From assembly GCA_963514005.1 (NCBI GenBank), contig OY740792.1:36208001-36272000 (forward strand): a stretch of DNA of 64,000 nt, in the 5' to 3' direction. The position numbers and the translations under genes were made by a program. Shown piece by piece: positions 35,940 through 49,527 of the stretch (positions are counted from its first letter, which is position 1; every line of letters begins with the position of its first letter). The notes under the pieces are model-generated. The model searched no databases and was not told the origin of the DNA. It worked only from the letters and a program-made list of their open reading frames with translations. Source of the DNA: Raja brachyura (taxonomy: Eukaryota).

Positions 35940-36280
35940 CTACAATAATGGCTAGGTTATTTCAGAAGCGAGGTGGCAATGATTAGCTCAACAGCCCCAT
36001 CTGGAGGATAAAAGGTGCAATATGCGACAACCTGCAAAAGCAACAAATCAAATGGGAGACAAATATTTTGTTCACGATTGCATTTGCAACTTGCGAACTG
36101 TTCGGGATATGAACCATTTTCCCCATAATTTTCCCCCTATCTACAGTTCTGCTATTAATACCATAATCAACGCATCAAGGGATAATGGGGAAAAAGCAGG
36201 AACGGGGTACTGATTTTAGATGATCAGCCATGGTCATATTGAATGGTTTGAAGGTGCTGGCTATGTTTCTATGTTTCTAT

Positions 36281-36960
36281 CCCATCCAAGCTCATCACCA
36301 AACTCATGGAACTTGGTGTCAGCATTCATCCCTGCAACCGGATACTCAACTTCCTAACCAACAGACCCCAGTCAGACAGGATAGGGGACAAATCATCCTC
36401 TACGATAATCCTCAACACTGGTGCTCCGCAAGGATGCGTTCTCAGCCCCCTTCTGTACTCCTTGTACACCCGTGACTGTGTAGCCAAGTACAAGTCCAAT
36501 TCAATTTACAAATTCGCAGATGAAATTGGATATCAAATAATAACGAGACAGAGTATAGGAAGGAGATTCAGAACTTCCTGACCTGGTATTGAGACAACAA
36601 CGTTTCTCTCAATGCCCATAAGACAAATTAGATAGTGATTGACTCCAGGTAGCGACGCAGTACACATACCCCAGTTTGCATTGACGGCGCCAAAGTAGAC
36701 ATGTTGAACGCTTCAAGTTTCTAGGAGTAACTATTACCAGCAACTCTCCTGGATCACCCATACTGAAGCAATAACCAAGAAAGGACACCAATGATTCCTC
36801 TTCCTTAGAAGGCTTAGGAGGATCGGCATGTCCCCCAACAACTCTCACATATTTCTACAGATGCGTCGGAGAAAGTATTTTATCAGGATGCATCATTTGA
36901 GAACAGCTCAATCCAAGACCGCAAGAAATTGCGGAGAATTGTGGAAGCAAATGTGGTGAA
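36281..36960 (+). mobile_element. Rex1/Babar-type LINE RT fragment
   Basis: GAPQGCVLSPLLYSLYTRDC...KFADE, with frameshifts. Confidence 0.75.
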
Positions 36961-37188
36961 CAGAATTCTGATCAGAACTTTGACTGAGTAGACAAAAAGT
37001 GCTGGAGGAACTCAACGAGTCAGGCAGCATCTCTGGAGACAAAGGATGGGGACATTTCGGATCAGGACCTAGACCCTTCTTCAACACTTTGTGTCTATCT
37101 TTGGTATAAACCAGCATCTGCAGTTCTTTGTTTCTACATATTGACTGAGTAGAATTGGCAAAATATTATCACAAAAATATATTACGCA

Positions 37189-37875
37189 CTAGACTAAGTG
37201 GGGCCCGTTGGGTCCCAGCATCACACAGGAGGGTTGGTTCCCCAACGCAATATTCCACCTATCCACCAATTCCAATATTGGTCGGCAGTGGGGGGCTTTC
37301 TGGAGCGCTAGTATGGGTGTTGTGGGCTGAATTCTTGGGCTTGCGGCTCAGTCACTCAAGCCAGTAGTGCTGGCAGCTCACTCACTCATGGTTGGTGGGC
37401 TGGCAGTTGACTTGCGGCTATTCCTTGAAATTCCATTTCAAGCAGGGTGCAAGGCCACCAAATTCAAGTGCAGTTTCTTACCACTTCAAGCAGGGTGCAA
37501 GGCCACCAAATTCAAGTGCAGTTTCATACGATTTCAAGCAGGGTGCAAGGCCACTAAAGACAGAGTCGTGACCTCTCCCTCCTCCATTTTGCAGAGACTG
37601 AGCCACGCCCACACTTCTGGGTTTATAGTCCCTCCCCCCACCAGAAAGGGCGTGGCCTTCATGGCATGATTGACAGGAGAGAGAATCTCAACATTTTAAA
37701 AATACTAATAACTTTTTTTTTAAATCGATGGGAAAAATCCTCGTCTTGCGCGGTGGAGGGGGATTCTGAGTAAGATGGCCAAATATCACAGCTGTAAGTG
37801 GCAGCATTTTTTCTAAAATCAATATACAGAACAACAGGAAGTGGTCAAGATCAGACTTTTAGTAATATAGATAGA
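37189..37875 (-). mobile_element. Complete non-autonomous Helitron with internal ~48-bp tandem repeats
   Basis: A|TCTATCTATATTACTAAAAG 5' end; 3' hairpin GGGACCC-aac-GGGCCCC plus CTAG|T; no TSD; three copies of ttcaagcagggtgcaaggccac at 37437-37558. Confidence 0.85.
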
Positions 37876-40800
37876 TTACTCCTTGTCTGCTTCTAATTTC
37901 AGTTTTATTTTTTTATGGTGCTTGTGGAGGAAACAGAAATTATTTAATTTTGAAACCAGAAGATAATGTTAACTTGGCATTGCCTTCACTTTCACATTGT
38001 GGAGTTCATATTGAATCATTTCTCCACTCCCTCTCCACAAGATCAGTCTACATAACCCACAGAGCTCACATATATCAAGCTGCACCTTCTACAATATGTT
38101 TGGGCATGTTAACCATGTCAGCTGGGTGAGGTAGTCAACTCTTGTTCAACCAAGCAAAGTTCAATAACTCTGCCCACGACGGCTGTTTTCAAGGACTACC
38201 CAATTTTCCCACTCCCCTACACCCTCCCCAATGTCCTGACAATTCTCTCTCTCTCTGTGTCAAATTTCTTGTTGACAATTACTAACGAATCATTTCCCAC
38301 TTCCCTGTCAGTCACGGTGTTCCAGATCACAAAATTGTAAGCACAAAATGGAGACACAAGGAACTGCAGATGCTGGAATCAAGAGCAGAACACAAAGTGC
38401 TGGAGGAACTCAACAGGTCAGGCAGCATCTGTGGAGGGAATGGACAGGTGACGTTTCAGGTCAGGACCCTGAAAAATGTAGACTTTAGAGATACAGCATG
38501 GAAACAGCTTCGGCCCACTGAATCCATGCCGACCAGAGATCACCCCGTACACGAGGCTACCCTACGCACTAGGGACAACTTACAATATAGGGAAGACAAT
38601 TAACCTACAAAACTGCACATCTTTGGAGTGTGGGAGGAAACCGGATCGCCCGGAGAAAACCCACATGGTCACAGGGAGAACGTATAAACTCCGTACCGAC
38701 AGCACAGCTAGTCCGGATCGAACCCAGGTCTCTGGTGCTGTAAGGCAGCAGCTGTGCTACCGTGCTGCCCCAATTGCTGTGGAGCGTTCCTTCCTGCCTT
38801 GTTTCTTAATACTGAAACTGATCTTCCAAGTAGAAAGAAACCAACATATAATTAAATGCGCAGGTCAAAATGAAAATGCCACTCTGGTTTGTGTTTGAAC
38901 CCATATTAGCAAATTATAGAACTTACTAATTTATCTTAATGGGTACGTTAGAGTTCTTGCTCTATTACCCTCCAGTGATGTAACTTTAACGATCTATTCT
39001 GTGTTATTTACTCATCAAAAGACACAGAAAATTACAGCACAGGAACAGGCCCTTTGGTCCACAATGTTTGTGCCGAATGATGGCAAGATAAATTGACCTT
39101 CTTTGCCTGCACGCGATGCATATCCCTCCATTCCCTGCATCTCCATGTGCCTCTGTAAAAGTCTCTTAAACGCCACGATCGTGTCTGCCCCCACCACCAC
39201 CCCAAGCAGCACATTCCAGGCATTCACCAGCCTCTGTGTAAAAAAACATGCCCTGCACATCTCTTTTAAACTTCTCACCTTAAAGTTATGCCCTCTACTC
39301 TTTAACATTTCCACCCTGGGAAAAGGTTCCGTCTGCCCTATCTCTGCCTCTCGTAATCTTATATACATTTATCAGCATGAAAATAGGCCCTTCAGCCCAC
39401 CGAGGCCACGCCGACCAGCGATCATCCTTTCACACTAGTTCTACGTTCTCCTACTTTCACATCTACTCCCTAAACAGTAGGGGCAATTTACAGGGGCCAA
39501 TTAACCTACAAACCCGCACATCTTTGGGATGTGTGAGGAAACCGGAGCACCTGGAGAAAACCCAAGCGGTCACAGGGAGAACGTGCAAACTCCGCACTGA
39601 CGGCACCGGAGGTCAGGATCGGACATGGGTTCCTGGAGCCGAGGGGCAATGGCAGCTGTGCCACAGCGCCGCCCTAGTGGTGTGGTTGGTAAGGATGTCA
39701 AAGGTTACGGGGAGAAGGCAGGAGAATGGGATTGAGCTACTGTGTCTTATGGTCCAAACTCTATTTGATTGTCCCTGCCATCAGTTGGACCATAAGTTCT
39801 AGGAGCAGAATTAGGCCATTCGGCCCATCGAGTCTACTCCGATTTAATCGTGGCTGATCTTTCTTTCCGTCTCAAAATATTTCTGCTGCCTTCTCCCCAT
39901 GACCCCTGACACCCTTACTAATCAAGAATATGTAAATCACGACCCTAAAAATACCCAATGACTTCTCCTCCACAACCATCAGTGGCAATGAATTCCACAG
40001 ATTCACCATCCTCTGAGGAAAGGAAGTCCTTCTCATCTCCTTTCTAAAAGAGATTCTGAGGCTGTGACCTCTGGTCCTAGACTTTCCACTAGTGGAAACA
40101 TCTTCTCCACGTCCACTCTATCCAGGCCCTTCACTATTCAGATAGTTTCAATTATGTCTCACCTCATCCTTCTAAGCTCCAGCGAGTACAGGCCCAGTGC
40201 CGTCAGACATCACCATCCGTTAACCAAATCAGACAGACCGGGTATGTCTGAACAATGGGCCTTTAAGTTAGAAAAGGATCGGCATTGCAACTAATTGAAC
40301 TGGAATCCAGATGATTTACTACAGCTTCGGAGTGTTTGGTCTGACTGCTGGGAGTCTCGTCAGTTAGCCTCGGCCGAGTGTTTTACGATAACAGTAATAT
40401 TCTTCTGTGTATTTTGACGTATACATGCATATTTCTGCATGAATTCCTTAGTGTTTATTCACCCCAGGGCCAGGCTTGGCGTTAGCTAAACTGTAATCTT
40501 ACTAAAGATTACACGGTTGAAGGCAATTTTGAGATATTTCTCAGTCCTCAAACTGTGGCCAGACATCAAAGGCAGCAAAGATCTTGTGCAAAGTTCAATA
40601 ATAATCTTTCACCGACTTGACCTCACTGAAACAAAGCATGTATGTACCTGTAAACACGACACACAAGGAACTGCAGATGACAGAATCTTGAGCAAAACAC
40701 AAAATGCTGGAGGAACTCAGCGGGTCAGGCAGCACCTGTGGAGGGAATGGACCAAAGACGCTTCGGATCGGGACCCTTCTGCAGACTGATAGGGAGGAGG

Positions 40801-43800
40801 AAAGCTGGAAAAGCGGTGTGGGCAGGACAAAGCACGGCAATCGATTGTAGGATGTAGAATCAAAGGACTGTAGATAGAAGCAAAATGCTGGAGTAACTGA
40901 GTGTCAGGAAACTTCTCTGGGGGACATAGTTGACGTTTTGGATCAGAGCCCTTCCTCAGACCTTCAACGATAGTGTTGTTTAAGATACTTTTAGATAGGC
41001 AGAGGATGGAATTGATATGGATTATGTGCAGGCAGTGATTGGTTTAACCTGGCATCATGTTCAGCACAGACATAGTGGGCTGAAGGGCCTGTTCCTGTGC
41101 TGTACCTGAGATTTTCTTCAGCTCACCATATATATAAATTCACAAGAGCATATTTTTCCACAATAACAGAAGGTTCAAATGACAGCTTAGAGCATTGCCA
41201 TTCTGAACACTCATACACAACTGGTGTCTAACTGCTGCAGGTATGTATTGAGCCAGTAAATTTGAGCAAGATTTTATGCCCATGTTTACACCATCATTTA
41301 GATGTAGATTTAGGTTTATTACTGTCACATGTGCAAACATGCTCTTCAGCCCACCTAGTCCATGCTGACCAGCGATCACTAACACTTTCCTACACACTAG
41401 GGACAATTTACATTTCTTTCCAAAGCCAATTAACCTACAAACCTGCACGCGTTTGAAGTATGGGAGGAAACCGGAGCACCAGGAGAAAACCCACGTGGTC
41501 ACGGGGAGAACGTGCAAACTCCACACACACACACACAGCACCCGTAGTCAGGATGAAACCCGGATCTCTGGCACTGTGAGGCAGCAACTCTACCACTGCA
41601 CCACCGTGCCGCCTCACGGGGGAATGATGCCTACGGGGGTGAGATTGGAACAAACAGGTGAGTGGCTGGGGAGTAGACCTGCGAGACGCTCAGGTGATGA
41701 AATCAGGGGAGTGGGGGCTGTCAATTAAAATGCAACTTGTATCAGAATTGCAGCTGCCCCCTCGAGCCCTTACCCTCCACTCTACTGGGAGGAGGAAGAA
41801 CAGATGTCGACTAAACCATAAAGAAGGTTTCAGAGACGGGCCTGTCTCTGTCTTTTGCTGCCATTTTGTGGTATAATGTACGGGGATCTATCCAGCTCAG
41901 GTGGTTTTATCTCTGCACTCCCTTCCCACTACCTAAAATTGTACAATAGAGGGTGTGAGAAATAAAAAGCACCACTTAAACCCCCTCCTTATCAGCTGTC
42001 CCAAACCTAAAGGTTAATTGGCTTCTGTAAACTGCCCCTTGAGTGGAGGATAGAACTAGTGTAGGGCAATCGATGGTCGGCACAGACTCGGTGGGCCAAA
42101 GGGCTTGTTTCCATGCTGTATCTCTAAACTAAACTAAATTAAACTTTATATGGACAAGTCAGTGTGATTACTTTACATTGCAATGTGATATCATTGCTAT
42201 TTATTAGATAATTCCTTTAATACCTTAATGAAAATGATTTAGAGCAGAATAGATTAAATATGGGCATAAAGTGCTGGAGTAACACAGTGAGTCAGGCAAG
42301 ATCTTTGAGGAACATGTACAGATGATATTTCAAACTGAAGACCCTTCTTTAGACTGATTGTGTCTACGGGGCTTGTTAGATGTATAGTTTAGAAACAAAG
42401 AACTGCAGATGCTAATTAATACACAAAAGGACACAAAGTGCTGGAGTAACTCAGAAGGTCAGGCAGCATCTCCGGAGAACATGGATAGGTGAAGTTTCAG
42501 CTCGGGACCCTTCTTCAGACCCGAAACATCACCTGTCCAAGTTCTCCGGAGAGATGCTGCTTGGCCTGCTGAGTTACTCCAGCACTTTGTCTTTTTTTTT
42601 GTGAACCAGCACCTGCATTTCTTTGTATCCAAAAATGAAATAGGGCTCCCATTTTGGCAAGATGAACCAAATAATCTTGCTTCTCTACTTTTTCTCATGT
42701 ACCTTGCGACTTTTATTTCCTTTTAATATATATTAATCTAACTCCCTTTTGAAATATTACTTTTGAATATACTTCCTCTGCTCATTCAGGCAGTGGATGC
42801 CAACTTAGTACCATTCCCTTTCACTTGATGTTTCTCCATGTTCACTCCACCGACTCATTTAAATTGAGCACATTGATCAAATCCTCTCATAACCCTCACC
42901 CCCTGTAAAGATAACACCTGTCATCTTTCTTTTTTGCAGTCTTCCAACGTGCTCAGAAATTGTGAGATAATTAAACAATTGTTAATTAAACAAAATATTT
43001 TATAATACTTTGCATCTTGCGATAATTGTGTCAAAAACCAAAGCTTTCATAGCCCAGACCATCACGCAAAACCAACCGCCCTTCCATTGACTCCATCTAC
43101 ACTTCACGCTGCCACGGCAAGGCCACCAGCATAATCAAGGATGAGTCTCACCCCGATCATTCCCTCTTTTCCCTGCTCCCATCAGGAGAGAGATGCAGAA
43201 GTTTGAAAACACACACCTCCAGATTCAGGGACAGTGCCTTCCCAGCTGTTATCAGGCAAATGAATCGTCCTCTCACCAACTAGTCTTTGACATTACCTTC
43301 CTGGGAAACAGGTTCTGTCCACCCTATCTGCAGTACGCTTTTCATAATTGTATATATTTCTACCAGGTCTCCCCTCAGCCTCCTACAGTTCAGACAAAAC
43401 AATCTAAGTTTGACCATCCTCTCCTTATAGTTTAAACCTTCCAATCCAGGAGGTGACCTCCTCGGCACCTTCTGCTTGCCTCTACATCCTTCGTGTAAAG
43501 CAAAAACCAGTACTGCACAAAATAATGGTTTTGCAAGGACATGAAGATTCAGTATTACAAGTAGACATACTTATATACATCCGGTGGAGGAAAAGGCACT
43601 CTTTTAGAGTAATAGTCTTTCAGTATGGAAACAGTCCCTTCAGCCCAACTTGTCCTTGCCAGCCAAGATGCCCCATCTAAGCTGGTCACATTTGCCAAGA
43701 TCCCTCTAAATCTTTCCTATCCATGTACCCGTCCAAGTGTTTTTTAAATGCTGTTATAGTACAATAGTGTATTGTTTATGTGCAGTAGAGCTGCTGCCTC

Positions 43801-46779
43801 ACAGCAACAGCGACCCAAGTTTAATCCTGACTTTGGATGATGTCAGTACAAAGTATGTTTGTTCTACCTGTGACCGCGTGGGTTTTCTCCAGGAGCCCCG
43901 GTTTCCTCTCACACTCCAAAGACGTACAGGTTTGACGATTACTGGGCTTCGGTAAAAATTGTAAATAGTCCCTAGTGTATGGGATAGTCATTGGGCCGAA
44001 GGGCCTGTTTCCATGTTGTTTCTCTAAAGTCTAAAGTAAAGTAAAGTACCTGCCTCAAATACTTCCTCTGGCAGCTTGTTCCATATACCCACTCACTCGT
44101 ATGGAAATGGAGGGTTTTCTGCTTGGTACGCTGCACAAACTATCACCATTAATCCATGGGGAGCAGAAAATTAAATACCTATTTTGAGAAATTGAGTGTT
44201 TTGTTGTTCATTGAGCTGACGCTCAGAAATTGGCTCTCAACATAAAGCAAGCAGCTTCCGCAGCACCAGCAGCCCTGGGCAATCAGCTAATTACTCTTTA
44301 CAAGTCTACGCATTCTACATAAAGACATCACTGTTTCATCAACTTTATTCTATGCATCTCTGATCTAGATCAGAAAGAGCTGTAAACAATGAGGATTTTT
44401 AATCAGCGAGAGTTAAGCACAAAGCACTGGAGGAACTCAACGGGTCAGGCAGCATCTCTGGACCTGTATCACTGGAGCGGTTACTCTAAAGTCTAGAGAT
44501 GAAAAGCAGACAAAAGGGTGTCAGGTTAGGAGGGAAAAAGAGGAGTGAAATGTAAAGAGGAATGGGGTGGATGGGGAGGGAAGGAAAAGGGGCAGGATTG
44601 TGGGGGAAATGGGATCACACTGGGGCAGGAAAGGGGTAGGGGGTAGGGGGAAACAGAAATCAAGTTAATAGAAGATTAGTGTGCATTTAGAAAAAAATTA
44701 AGTCGCTGTGCAGTGCCACATTGATGCTCCAACAAACAACCAGCAGTGATGGACACAAATGTACGTTAGATACAGCATAGAAATGGGCCCTTCGGCCCAC
44801 TGAGTTCATGCCGACAATCTAGTTCTGACCAGGCTGTACACTAGTTCTATTGTACACACTAAGGACAATTTACAGAAGCCAATGAATCTCTACGCCTGCA
44901 CATCTTTATGATGTGGGAGGACAGCGGAACACCTGGAGGAAACCCACGTGATTTGCAAATTGCAATGGAAAGCACGGAATTTAAAAAAATACAAAAATTA
45001 AAAAAATATAATAAAACTGACCCGAGGGTTCCTGACTTGAAACATCACCTATCCATGTTCTCCAGAGGTGCTGCCTGACCTGCTGCGTTATTCCAGCACT
45101 TTTTGTCTTTTTTGTGTGAAACAGCATCTGCAGTTCCTCGTGTCGACATTTTGCTATTTCTTCAGGTTCATTTAGGATGCTGAAGGCAAAGCATATAGAA
45201 CACAGAACTGTAGAGCACAGGAACAGGCCCTTCGGCCCACAATGTCCATGCTAAATATGACGCCCAGAACTGTCTGCATATGATCCATATACATGAATAA
45301 ATCTGAAGTGATCATAAGGTTGCAATTTAGATCAAGTTGTTTTTGATAGTATACTATGTGACATACAAACATGCCTTACAATAGCTGGCAAAATTGTTCA
45401 CTTAGCAAATTGCATAATCCTTTGTCAGGACCAAAATAACTCTCCGTCCTTCAGTACTCTGAAAGGAATACCGTGGGCACTTAGGAAGGTAACTAAGTTT
45501 AGAAATGAAGGGAATGAGTGGTATGCAGTGCTGTGTTCTCTCTATTGAAATCGCCCAGCAAAGTACAGATAAGAGGCTAGAGAAAAATAAATCAAAAGGT
45601 GACAATAATGAAGCACAATGTGTCATTATCTCTTTTCCCCAGCAAATCTGTTTTTGAGAGCATGGTATTGATGCATTCTTCTTCTTCTTTCGTGTTGCGC
45701 GCACAGCCTAAAGTTGTTGGACAACTTGTTCCATTTGATGTTCCGTTTGTGCACGTCGAGTTTGTTGCATTAGTCGAAACAGGATGGACCACATGAAGGT
45801 TGCAATCTTCCACCCCATGCATTCTTTGAAAGCACGTTTCATTGTAGCTTACTTATTACACAGTACAGGGTGAAATTCCTTAAACAGTCCTCGAAAGAAA
45901 CAAACACAAACATGCACTAGTTCTATCCTACACACACGGGCCAAAAAGGTTCTGGAACGAAGGGTGCCACTAAATCAGTGGTGGACCTGTATTAATAACG
46001 TAAACACACACGTTTTACAATGTAACTCTAGCACTTACAATATCCCAAAAGAAACAACATAAGATATAATCCTGAGAGCGATTTAATCGATAAGGGTAGG
46101 CCGAAACAAAACTAATTTTTCAACTAATAAACCAAACTATTATTCCAACTATGCATAGTTGGCAGATTTTCACTCATCTGTACAACACGCACTAATTTGC
46201 ACACACAAACACAAGCACACAGATGTGCGGCACGGAGCAGTGGTCACTTCTGCAGCTGGGAATCGACAGAGGCTGTAACCATTGCACTACGCTGCAAATA
46301 AATGTTCAGATCTGGGCGATTCGCCACGGCGGGTTAAAGTGCCTGAGTGAGTTTGAAGCAGTTTTTCAACTTTTAACATTATGGAGGTATTTAAATAATG
46401 CAATGTGGGACACATGTGACCAAGAAGTTAACTACTACTCAATGATAAAGAAGTCAACAAGGAAATGGCAGTAGTGGAAATGTTTTTGCTGGGAGTCACT
46501 TGCCCACACCGACCAACATATCCCATCTACAATAATCCCAACTGCCTGTGTTTGGCCCATATGCCTCTAAATCTGTCCTATCCATGTACCTGTCGAACTA
46601 TTTCTTAAATGTTGCAATAGTACCTGCCTCAACTACCTCCTCTGGCAGCTTGTTCCACATACCCACCATCCTCTGTGTAAAAAAAGTTACTCCTCAGGTT
46701 CTTATTAAATCTATCCCCTCACCTTAAACCTATGTCCCCTGGTTCTCGATTCCCCTACTCTGCAAAACCTTACATTATT

Positions 46780-49527
46780 TATTTATTTTTAATTTAATTT
46801 TTTTTAAATAAAAGAACAGTGGAAGAAAAAAGAAATAAAGAGTGTCGGAATAGATAGACAAGCGAGTAGAAACAGATAGCAAAATAAATAAAGGACATAG
46901 AAGAGACGCTGAAAAGATTGAAATAGAAGGAGAAAGTAAAGAAAAAAGAGATTAGGAGAGATCTACCTATTTCGTATTTTTGCCCATCCGTCACCCGGTT
47001 CTAAACCATTTAATTTCTGAGGTTATGTTATGATAGAAACATAGAAAAATAGGTGCAGGAGTAGGCCATTCGGCCCTTCGAGCCTGCACCGCCATTCAAT
47101 ATGATCATGGCTGATCATCCAACTCAGTATCCCGTACCTGCCTTCTCTCCATACCCCCTGATCCCTTTAGCCACAAGTGCCACATCTAACGCCCTCTTAA
47201 ATATAGCCAATGAACTGGCCTCAACTACCTTCTGTGGCAGAGAATTCCAGAGACCTCACCACTCTCTGTGTAAAGAATGTTTTCCTCATCTCGGTCCTAA
47301 AGGAATTCCCCCTTATCCTTAGACTGTGACCCCTTGTTCTGGACTCCCCCAACATCGGGAACAATCTTCCAGCATCTAGCTTGTCCAACCCCTTAAGAAT
47401 TTTGTAAGTTTCTATAAGATCCCCCCTCAATCTTCTAAATTCCAGCGAGTACAAGCCAAGTCTATCCAATCTTTCCTCATATGAAAGTCCTGACATCCCA
47501 GGAATCAGTCTGGTGAATCTTCTCTGTACCCCCTCTATGGCAAGGATGTCTTTCCTCAGATTTGGAGACCAAAACTGTACGCAATACTCCAGGTGTGGCC
47601 TCACCAAAACCCTGTACAACTGCAGTAGAACCTCCCTGCTCCTATACTCAAATCCTTTCGCTATGAATGCTAACATACCATTTGCTTTCTTCACTGCCTG
47701 CTGCACCTGCATGCCTACTTTCAATAACTGGTGTACCATGACACCCAGGTCTTGTTGCATCTCCCCTTTTCCTAATCTGCCACCATTCAGATAATAGTCT
47801 ACCCTCATGTTTTTGCCACCAAAGTGGATAACCTCACATTTATCCACATTATACTGCATCTGCCATGCATCTGCCCATTCACTCAGCCTATCCAAATCAC
47901 CCTGCAGCCTCCAAGCATCCTCCTCACACCTAACTATACCCCCCAGCTTGGTGTCATCTGCAAACTTGGAGATGTTGCATTGAATTCCCTCGTCCAAATC
48001 ATTAATATATATTGTAAATAGCTGGGGTCCCAGCACTGAGCCTTGCGGTACCCCACTAGTTACTGCCTGCCATTCTGAAAAGGACCCGTTTACTCCTACC
48101 CTTTGCCTCCTGTCTGCTAGCCAGTTCTCTATCCACATCAATACTGAACCCCCAATACCATGTGCTTTAAGTTTGTATGCTAATCTCTTATGCGGGACCT
48201 TGTCGAAAGCCTTCTGAAAGTCTAGATATAACACATCCACTGGTTCTCCCTTATCCACTCTACTAGTTACATCCTCGAAAAATTCTATCAGATTTGTCAG
48301 ACATGATTTACCTTTCGTAAATCCATGCTGACTTTGTCCAATGATTTCACCACTTTCCAAATGTGCTGCTATCCCATCTTTAATAACTGACTCTAGCAGT
48401 TTCCCCACTACCGATGTTAGACTAACTGGTCTATAATTCCCCGCTTTCTCTCTCCCTCCTTTTTTTAAAAAGTGGGGTTACATTAGCTATCCTCCAATCC
48501 TCAGGAACTACTCCAGAATCTAAGGAATTTTGAAAAATTATCACTAATGCATCCACTATTTCTGTGGCTACCTCCTTGAGTACTCTGGGATGCAGACTAT
48601 CTGGCCCTGGGGATTTATCGGCCTTCAATCCGTTCAATTTACCCAACACCACCTCCCGGCTAACCTGGATTTCACTCAGTTCCTCCATCTTATTTGACCC
48701 CCGTTCCACTGCTATTTCCGGCAGATTATTTATGTCTTCCTTAGTGAAGACAGAACCAAAGTAGTTATTCAATTGGTCTGCCATGTCCTTGTTCCCCATG
48801 ATCAATTCACCTGTTTCTGACTGCAAGGGACCAACATTTGTTTTAACTAGTCTCTTTCTCTTCACATATCTATAAAAACTTTTGCAGTCAGTTTTTATGT
48901 TCCCTGCCAGTTTCCTTTCATAATCTATTTTCCCTTTCCTAATTAAGCCCTTTGTCCTCCTCTGCTGGATTCTGAATTTCTCCCAGTCCTCCGGTAGGCT
49001 GCTTTTTCTGGCAAATTTGTATACCTCATCTTTTGTTTTTATACTATCCCTGATTTCCCTTGTTATCCATGGATGCACCACCTTCCCCGATTTATTCTTT
49101 TGCCAAACTGGTATGAACAATTTTTGTACTTCATCCATGCAGTCTTTAAATACCTTCCATTGCACATCCACTGTCAACCCTTTAAGAATCACCTGCCAGT
49201 CTATCTTGGCCAATTCACATCTCATACCTTCAAAGTTACCTTTGTTCAAGTTCAGAACCCTTGTTTCTGACTTAATTTTGTAACTCTCCATCCTAATGAA
49301 GAACTCCACCATATTATGGCCACTCTTGCCCAAGGGGCCACGCACAACAAGACTGCTAACTAACCCTTCCTCATTACTCAATACCCAGTCTAGAATAGCC
49401 TGCTCTCTATGTTGCACCCTATGCTTGCAAAAAGTTCATAAAAGGAGACCAAGTCTTTGAGAATTGGTCTACTTTGCCTAGTAGGAGAAATCTCATTTCT
49501 TCAAGATGAAGCGTTTCAGACATGTAT
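46780..49527 (-). mobile_element. L1 3' end (ORF2 C-terminus, 3' UTR, polyA) split by the young CR1
   Basis: Minus strand 49425-49525 reads MSETLHLEEMRFLLLGKVDQFSKTWSPFMNFLQA; A-rich tail at 46780-46805; 13-bp TSD accttaYattatt (46767-46779 / 49528-49540). Confidence 0.75.
47030..49407 (-). mobile_element. Young 5'-truncated CR1 LINE (ORF2 RT plus 3' UTR with TTTCTATG tail)
   Basis: ORFs 48431..49417 and 47221..48408 with QHGF, YLDFQKAFDKV, SGVPQGSVLGP, KFADDTK; flanking tatgtt duplication (47024-47029 / 49408-49413). Confidence 0.95.

Noticed and set aside
37437-37558. Three spaced repeats resembling a CRISPR array, and ORF 37367..37669
   Set aside because: Eukaryotic DNA; tandem units with near-identical intervening sequence, inside a Helitron.
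45402-45520. Chemokine/cytokine-like look of PKCPRYS...VILVLTKDYAIC
   Set aside because: Cys spacing does not fit CC/CXC patterns and there is no exon structure; too short to support.
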